A stretch of 39,225 nucleotides of DNA from an uncultured bacterium (GTDB lineage Bacteria; Patescibacteriota; Minisyncoccia; Phycocordibacterales; PALSA-1337). This document shows positions 1 to 6,611 of this stretch, piece by piece. The DNA is taken from assembly GCA_903837075.1 (NCBI GenBank), contig CAILTI010000029.1:1-39225 (forward strand). The letters are read 5' to 3'. A model generated the notes under the pieces. It worked only from the letters and a program-made list of their open reading frames with translations. It was not told where the DNA came from and did no database searches. The position numbers and the translations under genes are program-made. Positions within the stretch are counted from its first letter, which is position 1; each line of letters starts with the position of its first letter.

Positions 1-151
1 GTGACCAATATACCAGCGCATTTTCCAAAGGATGAGTGAATCCTTGGAGCGAGTCCTTTGTGAAAATGCTGGTATATTGGGAACAAAGCCGCAGACGATT
101 CAGCAGAATCGTGTCGTCTGGACTCTGAAAAGAGGTGTGAGAGGTTACTTT
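1..151. repeat. Dispersed structured repeat (MITE-like), partial copy cut by the window start
   Basis: 1-94 matches 29373-29466 at 92/94 nt; 131-151 (AGAGGTGTGAGAGGTTACTTT) resembles the right inverted repeat of the 29333-29495 copy. Confidence 0.85.
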
Positions 152-159
152 TATAGCTA

Positions 160-187
160 TTGACTTTTACCTATATTGCGGTATAAT
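160..187 (+). promoter_or_regulatory. Sigma70-type promoter for the DGR target gene
   Basis: TTGACT (160-165), 16-nt spacer, TATAAT (182-187). Confidence 0.65.
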
Positions 188-215
188 ACATGCAGTTCTT
201 TGATATGCTAACTTA

Positions 216-295
216 GTAGGTGATTTTGCAAAATCGCCTACGTTCGCTACAGCATTTAGTGGTCTAGGAGGTAGACTATTGAATGCTGTGGCGAA
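216..295 (+). promoter_or_regulatory. Structured 5' leader of the DGR target gene (two long hairpins)
   Basis: Hairpin 216-241 and a fully paired 24-bp stem 243-266/272-295 (4 G-U pairs) with a GGAGG loop. Confidence 0.6.
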
Positions 296-364
296 GAGTC
301 CAGCGACAAAAATAACCGAGCTTGCCATTTGAGGCTTGCTTAACAATAGAAAGGACACGTTATT

Positions 365-997
365 ATGAATAGCACGTTCACGTTGAGTCAGGGTGCCGGT
401 CAGAAACTGGAATTCGCATTCCAACGAAATGATGGTAATACAGCCGATTTGGAGTGGTTATCGACGGGCGACAACCTCAGGTCAGTCATCCAACTCGCAC
501 GAGGCGAAGCGGATCTGGGTCTCAAGGCTAAACCCGCTCTTGAGCCCGAGCCGGCGATCGACTCGATCATCCGTGTGGATCGTTCGATCCGCCCCACTTA
601 TCCAGACTGGGTGAAGACAGTGATGCATCCTGAATTGGAATCCATTGGCCCAGCTGAGTACGATATCTCACGAGTCGAGCAGTGGCTCCATGACGGCCAG
701 AAGGATGGGAAATGTATCGAAGGTAGCAAGATCTATGCCCATCTCAAGGAGACCTACACACTCAAGACTTGTCTAGGACTGTGTGACCTGAAGGTAATCC
801 AGAATAAAGGCACCGCCTTTTTCCGGGAGCACTTCAAGTACAAAGCAGTCTTCGCGTGGAAAGGGGTCGTGCGGAGCCGCGATGGCGACCTCCGCGCCCC
901 GTACCTCTACGATCTCGGCGACGATGTCGCCCTGTCTTGGTTTTGGCTCGGCAACGGCTGGTTCGACAGTGACCCGGCCCTGCGTCTCGCAAGTTAG
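365..997 (+). CDS. DGR target (variable) protein, 210 aa, C-terminal VR-encoded region, probably C-type-lectin-like fold
   Basis: Last 43 codons match the TR with adenine-specific substitutions; AAGGA upstream of the ATG; fold is inferred from typical DGR targets with a C-terminal VR. Confidence 0.9.
   Translation: MNSTFTLSQGAGQKLEFAFQRNDGNTADLEWLSTGDNLRSVIQLARGEADLGLKAKPALEPEPAIDSIIRVDRSIRPTYPDWVKTVMHPELESIGPAEYDISRVEQWLHDGQKDGKCIEGSKIYAHLKETYTLKTCLGLCDLKVIQNKGTAFFREHFKYKAVFAWKGVVRSRDGDLRAPYLYDLGDDVALSWFWLGNGWFDSDPALRLAS
866..992 (+). repeat. DGR variable repeat (VR), ending in an invariant GC-rich/IMH-like segment (974-992)
   Basis: 127-nt ungapped alignment to 1337-1463; 22 mismatches, 19 at TR adenines. 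Confidence 0.95.
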
Positions 998-1095
998 TAC
1001 TTTGGACTGAGTCACTTTGCACTTTCTGCACTTTGACCTTAGCTCTAAAAATCTGGTGGTATAACCACTCGGCATGGAATGAGCCGCTGACATTC

Positions 1096-1126
1096 AAAAC
1101 CCGAACGATGAGATCGTTCGGGTTTT
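1096..1126. terminator. Perfect 14-bp hairpin downstream of VR (terminator and/or DGR homing cruciform)
   Basis: AAAACCCGAACGAT-GAG-ATCGTTCGGGTTTT. Confidence 0.75.
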
Positions 1127-1140
1127 CTAATATTGAAATA

Positions 1141-1149
1141 TGCTATGAT
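1141..1149 (+). promoter_or_regulatory. Extended -10 promoter candidate for the TR RNA
   Basis: TGcTATGAT; predicted start near 1156 coincides with the first stem of the structured leader. Confidence 0.5.
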
Positions 1150-1155
1150 TATTTG

Positions 1156-1510
1156 CGGTAGTAGGTGAATACGCTGGCGGCCATGTGCTTCCGGCTACCG
1201 AATCCAGTATCCATAAACTGAGAGCGTCTGCGGCCAACCCAGTAGGTCATCCTACTGGATGAGACGCTAAATCAGATTCAATCCTGAGATCGCTAATGGC
1301 TTCGAGGGGTGGTGATATGGATGGTGTTTTGTATGTATCGTGCGGAACCGCAATGGCAACCTCAACGCCCCGTACCTCTACGAGAACGGCGACAATGTCG
1401 TCCTGAACTGGAATTGGCTCGACAACGACTGGAACGACAATAACCCGGCCCTGCGTCTCGCAACTCTCTTCATTTCTCTCCCTTTTACATTTTCGTAGAT
1501 TTGGGAGAGT
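1156..1510 (+). ncRNA. Putative DGR template RNA (structured leader, TR, 3' spacer hairpin)
   Basis: Stems 1156-1161/1195-1200, 1209-1215/1316-1322, 1223-1229/1262-1268, 1239-1246/1251-1258; TR 1337-1463; 3' stem 1476-1482/1503-1509. The 3' end is uncertain. Confidence 0.55.
1337..1463 (+). repeat. DGR template repeat (TR)
   Basis: 12 AAC/AAT codons in the VR frame; differs from VR almost only at adenines; next to Avd-like and RT genes. Confidence 0.95.
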
Positions 1511-1844
1511 TTTGTTTTGTAAGCTGTCCGCTCCAACCGCCGAGATTTTTGCCAATTTCCTCTAATATTAACGAAAGCGCAATGTATCGCTTGTCAATTA
1601 GCGACTTGGTTTCCCACAAGATCATGAGAAGTATTTTCAATGCATCTAGCTTCTTAATAGCCAACCTTACATACGGTTGCTTTTCGGTTGGACCGAGGAA
1701 GCTGGCTGCGGCGATTGCTTCAATGATTTCAACAAATAATGATTCAATCCTGAAACCGATTGAGTGTCTATGCAGTTTCGGTATGTCTTGATAATATGTG
1801 TACCAAAGCAAATATGCATCCTTCACTTTACTCAAAACAGGCAA
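1485..1844 (-). CDS. avd: DGR accessory variability determinant (Avd-like four-helix-bundle protein), about 119 aa
   Basis: Basic helical protein with IPKLHRHSIGFRI and EEIGKNLGGW, typical of the bAvd/four-helix-bundle family. Start uncertain: TTG 1844 gives the usual size, ATG 1916 would overlap RT. Confidence 0.8.
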   Translation of the reverse strand: MPVLSKVKDAYLLWYTYYQDIPKLHRHSIGFRIESLFVEIIEAIAAASFLGPTEKQPYVRLAIKKLDALKILLMILWETKSLIDKRYIALSLILEEIGKNLGGWSGQLTKQNSPKSTKM

Positions 1845-1875
1845 AATTCGTGCGGGGGGGGGTCCGATTAATAGT

Positions 1876-2895
1876 ATGTCTAGAATCCAATTCAACCATA
1901 CATACGATAGTATCATTTCTGTAGAGAATCTGCTCGGAGCATGGAAAGATTTTTTGAAAGGCAAAAAGAAGAGGAAAGATGTGCAGGAATTTGAACGCGA
2001 TCTGATGGCGAACATCATTTCATTACATAACGATCTGCAATCCAAGACCTACAAACATTCAGTGTACGAATTTTTCCGAATATATGACCCAAAACTGAGA
2101 GACATTCATAAAGCTACTGTGCGAGACAGGGTATTGCACCGAGCTGTGTACAGGGAGTTGTACCGATTTTTTGACAAAACATTTATAGCGGATTCATTTT
2201 CATGCCGGATGAGAAAAGGAACACATAAAGCTATTGATAGATTCAGGTCATTTGCTCGCAAGGCATCTCGTAATCATACAATGACAGTATGGGTTCTAAA
2301 ATGTGATATACGAAAATTCTTTGCATCGATTGATCAGAATATTTTGAAGGAGATAGTCAAACTGTATGTATATGACAGATACATCCGTAAATTGCTCTTG
2401 GAAATCACTAATAGTTTTTCGTCTGGTGAAAAAGGTGTCGGTCTTCCACTAGGGAATCTAACGTCTCAACTGTTTGTGAACATTTATATGAATGAATTTG
2501 ACCAATATGTAAAGCATAAGATGAAAGCAAAACACTACATACGTTATGCAGATGATTTTGTCATCATTTCACGAGATAGAGAATGGCTTTGTAATCTCAT
2601 TCCTCAAATTGGTGACTTTCTCTGGTACAGATTGAAGTTACGACTTCATCCTGATAAGGTCTCCATAGGAACTATTGCCGCTGGTGTAGACTATCTTGGC
2701 TGGGTAAGTTTTCCTGATCACCGAATAGTTCGTACATTGACGAAAAAGAGAATGTTTAGAAGACTTAAGGATGTTGATGGTAAAGTTGAGACGGTCCGTT
2801 CGTATCTCGGATTGTTGAAACATGGAAATGCCAAGATGTTACGAGATAAGGTCGAATCAATGAAAACTACCCATAAACGCCGAGACACAGTATAA
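1876..2895 (+). CDS. DGR reverse transcriptase, about 339 aa
   Basis: KCDIRKFFASID, GLPLGNLTSQ (DGR-type GxxxSQ), YIRYADDF, DYLGW; no maturase or endonuclease extension; ATG 1876 preferred over GTG 1798. Confidence 0.95.
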   Translation: MSRIQFNHTYDSIISVENLLGAWKDFLKGKKKRKDVQEFERDLMANIISLHNDLQSKTYKHSVYEFFRIYDPKLRDIHKATVRDRVLHRAVYRELYRFFDKTFIADSFSCRMRKGTHKAIDRFRSFARKASRNHTMTVWVLKCDIRKFFASIDQNILKEIVKLYVYDRYIRKLLLEITNSFSSGEKGVGLPLGNLTSQLFVNIYMNEFDQYVKHKMKAKHYIRYADDFVIISRDREWLCNLIPQIGDFLWYRLKLRLHPDKVSIGTIAAGVDYLGWVSFPDHRIVRTLTKKRMFRRLKDVDGKVETVRSYLGLLKHGNAKMLRDKVESMKTTHKRRDTV

Positions 2896-2904
2896 TTAAC
2901 CCCA

Positions 2905-4047
2905 ATGAAAACACTCAAAGATATCGAATATCTATCTGGCGTAAAGGTGCTCGTGCGCGTTGATTTCAATGTACCTATCAAGAACGGCCTAGTTGCTGAT
3001 GACTTTCGTTTGAAAGCGGCTTTGCCGACGATAGATTTCCTCACAGGTAAAGGTGCCAAGGTGATCTTGATGAGTCATCTAGAGTCTGCAGATGGTACCA
3101 ATCCATCCCTTGCGCCAGTTGCCGACAGACTGAAGAAACTCGGCCGAGAGGTAATATTCATCAAGGATTTCAATAAGGCGCATGAAGTTATCAATGAACA
3201 ATTGAAAGGTGGAGCATGCGCACTGCTAGAAAATTTGCGTTATTTTGATGGTGAAAAGAAAAACGATCCGAAGTTTGCAAGAGAGTTGTCTTCACTCGGA
3301 GATCTATATGTGAACGATGCTTTTTCCGCCTCACATAGAGAGCATGCGTCGATCGTCGGTGTGCCGAGATTGATGCCTAGTTACGCAGGATTACAGATGG
3401 AGAAGGAAGTCACGAGTCTGTCAAAGGCGTTCGATCCAGCACATCCATTCCTATTCATTTTGGGAGGGGCGAAATTCGGCACCAAATTGCCATTGGTAGA
3501 AAAGTTCATGAATATCGCCGATCAGATCTTTGTAGGAGGGGCATTGGCGAACGATCTATTGAAGGCGAAAGGATATAATGTTGGCATGTCGAAGGTTTCT
3601 GAGGAAAAGGATTTCCCAGTTCCCATGTCAGATCTCAGAACTATGGCACAAAATACGAAACTCATATTGCCTATAGATATCATAAACGAGCAGAAAGTCG
3701 CAAAGATGACAGATGCACTATCAGCGAGTGACAAGAATGTCGACATGGGACCGAAAACACTAGAAAATATCAAGGATATAGTTTCCAAGTCTAGATTCGT
3801 TCTCTGGAATGGGCCGATGGGAGTATATGAGTCTGGATTCAAGGAGGGAACTATAGAATTGGCGAAGATAATGAGTGAGGCAACAGCCAGAGGTGTCGAG
3901 ACGATAGTCGGCGGGGCAGATACATTGGCGGCGATCGCTGAGCTCGGCAGTCGAGAGACATTCTCTTTCATTTCTACTGGAGGTGGTGCGATGCTAGATT
4001 TCCTAGCAAAGGGAACTCTACCAGGAATCGAGGCGTTGAAGGATTAG
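2905..4047 (+). CDS. pgk: Phosphoglycerate kinase
   Basis: RVDFNVP, LLENLRY, VNDAFSASHR, LGGAK, WNGPMG, STGGGA motifs. Confidence 0.97.
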   Translation: MKTLKDIEYLSGVKVLVRVDFNVPIKNGLVADDFRLKAALPTIDFLTGKGAKVILMSHLESADGTNPSLAPVADRLKKLGREVIFIKDFNKAHEVINEQLKGGACALLENLRYFDGEKKNDPKFARELSSLGDLYVNDAFSASHREHASIVGVPRLMPSYAGLQMEKEVTSLSKAFDPAHPFLFILGGAKFGTKLPLVEKFMNIADQIFVGGALANDLLKAKGYNVGMSKVSEEKDFPVPMSDLRTMAQNTKLILPIDIINEQKVAKMTDALSASDKNVDMGPKTLENIKDIVSKSRFVLWNGPMGVYESGFKEGTIELAKIMSEATARGVETIVGGADTLAAIAELGSRETFSFISTGGGAMLDFLAKGTLPGIEALKD

Positions 4048-4161
4048 TAATCAATATTGTAATAGGGATATTTCTGCCCGTAATAAGGTAGGGTGGGGAT
4101 AAAATGAGGTTATCCACAGATATGCTTGCTATTTTAAGTATATATATTGTATACTATACCC

Positions 4162-5283
4162 ATGAATTACAATAGGACAATAAATAAGATCCTAGTTGAA
4201 AATATAGGCAGCAAGCCGATATTGGTGCTTTATGGTGCACGACAAGTCGGTAAGACAACATTGATGAAATCAATAATGGAAAGGTTTACAAAAACCCTAT
4301 ATTTACAAGGAGATGATCCGAAGGATGCGTTACTGCTCGAACACAGATCATCAGATGAGTTGTCCAGTCTCGTATCTGGTTATGATCTCATAGTTATAGA
4401 TGAAGCTCAGAGGGTGAAGGATATAGGTACAACACTCAAGTTGATCGCTGATAATGTAAAAGATGTGAGAGTTATCGCATCGGGGTCGTCTTCATTTGAA
4501 CTAGCTAATAAATTGAGTGAGCCTCTGACGGGTAGGAATCGTAAATTTTACCTTTACCCATTATCTGTATCAGAATTGGTGGAGGCATATGGGAAAATAA
4601 ATACAGACAAGGAACTTGAGACATACATGACTTTTGGTATGTATCCAAAGATCGTTTCTGCGCAATCTAGAGAAGAAAAGGCGATCCTTATAAAAGAATT
4701 AGCAGGGGATTATCTATTCAAGGACTTGTTCATGTTTGGGGATATTCGAAACTCATTTGCTTTTGAGAAGTTGATCAAGCTTCTAGCGCTTCGCATAGGC
4801 AGTGAGATTTCGTACTCAGAATTGGCCAAAGAAGTGGGAATAAGTAGAGATACTGTTATGAATTATATCAAATTACTCGAACAGGCATTCATCATATTCC
4901 GATTGACACCACTATACACCAATAAGGCAAAGGAGATAAATAAAAGTCATAAGATTTACTTTTATGATATTGGTATAAGGAACGCTCTCATAAATAATAC
5001 CGATCCGATGGAATTACGCCCTGATAAAGGTGCGATTTTCGAAAACTTCTTTATTGCGGAAAAAGTGAAGGAAAGAGAATATTCCGGTCGATCAGGAGAA
5101 ATTCATTTTTGGAAGAGTCGAAGTGGAAGCGAAATTGATTTTGTTGAAGTCTCTGGCGGTATTATCAAGGCATATGAATGTAAATGGAAGGAGATCGCTA
5201 AAGCGCCGAAGGCGTGGCTAGAGACATATCCAAAGTCTAGTTTTGAATGTGTTACAACAGAAAATGTTGTTGACCATTTCTAG
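4162..5283 (+). CDS. AAA+ ATPase (AAA_14 plus DUF4143-type)
   Basis: Walker A GARQVGKT, Walker B VIDEAQ, SGSSS, LTGR, KIYFYDIG, EIDFV...ECKW tail. Confidence 0.88.
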   Translation: MNYNRTINKILVENIGSKPILVLYGARQVGKTTLMKSIMERFTKTLYLQGDDPKDALLLEHRSSDELSSLVSGYDLIVIDEAQRVKDIGTTLKLIADNVKDVRVIASGSSSFELANKLSEPLTGRNRKFYLYPLSVSELVEAYGKINTDKELETYMTFGMYPKIVSAQSREEKAILIKELAGDYLFKDLFMFGDIRNSFAFEKLIKLLALRIGSEISYSELAKEVGISRDTVMNYIKLLEQAFIIFRLTPLYTNKAKEINKSHKIYFYDIGIRNALINNTDPMELRPDKGAIFENFFIAEKVKEREYSGRSGEIHFWKSRSGSEIDFVEVSGGIIKAYECKWKEIAKAPKAWLETYPKSSFECVTTENVVDHF

Positions 5284-5372
5284 AACAGCGGCTCGCAGAG
5301 TGGGGGGTTTCTTATCCGTATGTTCAAATCGGTGAACACGATCGACAGTGAAATATTGAATTCACGGTCTTT

Positions 5373-5738
5373 CTAATTCTTCAGCGCATCGATCAACTTT
5401 TTCTTGTTTCCATCAAAATCCATCTTTTCTCCTTTTACTGTCGAATTTGGGAAGACCCAGATGTGCGCATGCGGCACCTCATCGCCGATGATCTTGCTCA
5501 TGACCCATTCGGTATCGAAAGCTTTTCTCTCTGCGAGGGCCAGTTTCCTAGCTACTTCGAAGTATTCCCCAATATTCGGTAAATCCCAGACCCATCTGAC
5601 ATGCGTTTTCGGAATAACTTGTACGTGTCCAGGTGTGTGAGGGTGAATGTCTAGAAATGCCAGGAAGTTGTCATCTTCATAGACGATATGGGCGGGAATC
5701 TCTCTGCTCACTATTTTACAAAATATGCATGATGTCAT
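5373..5738 (-). CDS. HIT family nucleotide hydrolase
   Basis: CIFCKIV, AFLDIHP, GHVQVIPK, variant triad VPHAHIWV. Confidence 0.9.
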   Translation of the reverse strand: MTSCIFCKIVSREIPAHIVYEDDNFLAFLDIHPHTPGHVQVIPKTHVRWVWDLPNIGEYFEVARKLALAERKAFDTEWVMSKIIGDEVPHAHIWVFPNSTVKGEKMDFDGNKKKLIDALKN

Positions 5739-5837
5739 AGATGTATAATAACATAGATATTCGGCGCGTCGTGGTGGGATGGTGGTGGCTTAAAAAAGCC
5801 CACCAAATGAATGGCAGGCTGAACTAGTGTCTAGATA

Positions 5838-6524
5838 TTATACGGGATGACCGTAACGTTCCAGGAAGAAATCGAAGGTGGACTTCGGAGATGACAATTT
5901 CTTCAAAATATCTACGAATTTGCGGTCCGTAGGAACAGTAGTACGTGGGGAGTACTCTGTAACCTTGAAGTGGTTGACGGTGCTCTCGACCAAAATGAGA
6001 TTCGATGCCATCACCTGTGCGATTGTTGGCGCGTTGAATGGTTCATACAGTGTTGCGAGAGCGAGGGTTGGACGATCGCTATATGGACTTTTATCACTGT
6101 TCTTCTGTTCAGGCTCGTTTTCTTTGTATAGATCCAGAACATATACTCGTTGGTCGCTAGGAACCAAGACTTGTTCGAAGATCGTATGAGTGTCTAGTAT
6201 GCGGGTAGAGTTTATGCTTTCGCTCCACTGGACTCGCTTCGGAGCAAAGCCGCATATGCCGGTGCCGTCAGAGAACTGAACGCAATGATCGTCGTTGGTA
6301 AATAACTTCTCTACAAACATACGAAATCCTTGGTCATGTTTCAACTGATCACGCACGTTATCTTGAGCTACAGACAAGAGGTTTGTGAGCCATCTCATTT
6401 GTTCTTTTCCCAACTTTTGTTTGGCGAGTAGGTCTCGCTTGGCTATTTGCTCTGCTAATGTTTTGGCCCGATCTCGAGCTAACTCGAATTGACGGGCTCT
6501 TTCGATGAAACTTCCTTTTTTCAT
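5838..6524 (-). CDS. Hypothetical protein, 228 aa
   Basis: Long ORF filling the gap between HIT and recJ; no motif recognised. Confidence 0.65.
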   Translation of the reverse strand: MKKGSFIERARQFELARDRAKTLAEQIAKRDLLAKQKLGKEQMRWLTNLLSVAQDNVRDQLKHDQGFRMFVEKLFTNDDHCVQFSDGTGICGFAPKRVQWSESINSTRILDTHTIFEQVLVPSDQRVYVLDLYKENEPEQKNSDKSPYSDRPTLALATLYEPFNAPTIAQVMASNLILVESTVNHFKVTEYSPRTTVPTDRKFVDILKKLSSPKSTFDFFLERYGHPV

Positions 6525-6611
6525 TGTAATGTTCCTTTCTGAATATCAGATTACGCCAACTCGGTATATTGTCAATGATGTTTGTCTAGAAGCTTGGTGT
6601 ATAATTCACGC

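Noticed and set aside
1247-1555. Similar minus-strand ORFs at 1247-1555 and 773-1093 as a paralogous gene pair
   Set aside because: They are antisense shadows of TR and VR
1845-2045. N-terminal 67 aa of the 186-aa minus-strand ORF as part of Avd
   Set aside because: Mostly antisense to the RT coding region; Avd-like sequence begins near LPVLSK
1798-2895. RT as a group II intron, retron or CRISPR-associated RT
   Set aside because: No maturase/endonuclease domain or cas genes; the GxxxSQ motif and the TR/VR pair identify a DGR
4095-4119. DnaA-box-like sequences (TTATCCACA) as a replication origin
   Set aside because: Only one perfect and one imperfect box, no dnaA or dnaN nearby; other scattered near-matches (about 30456, 38943) are not clustered
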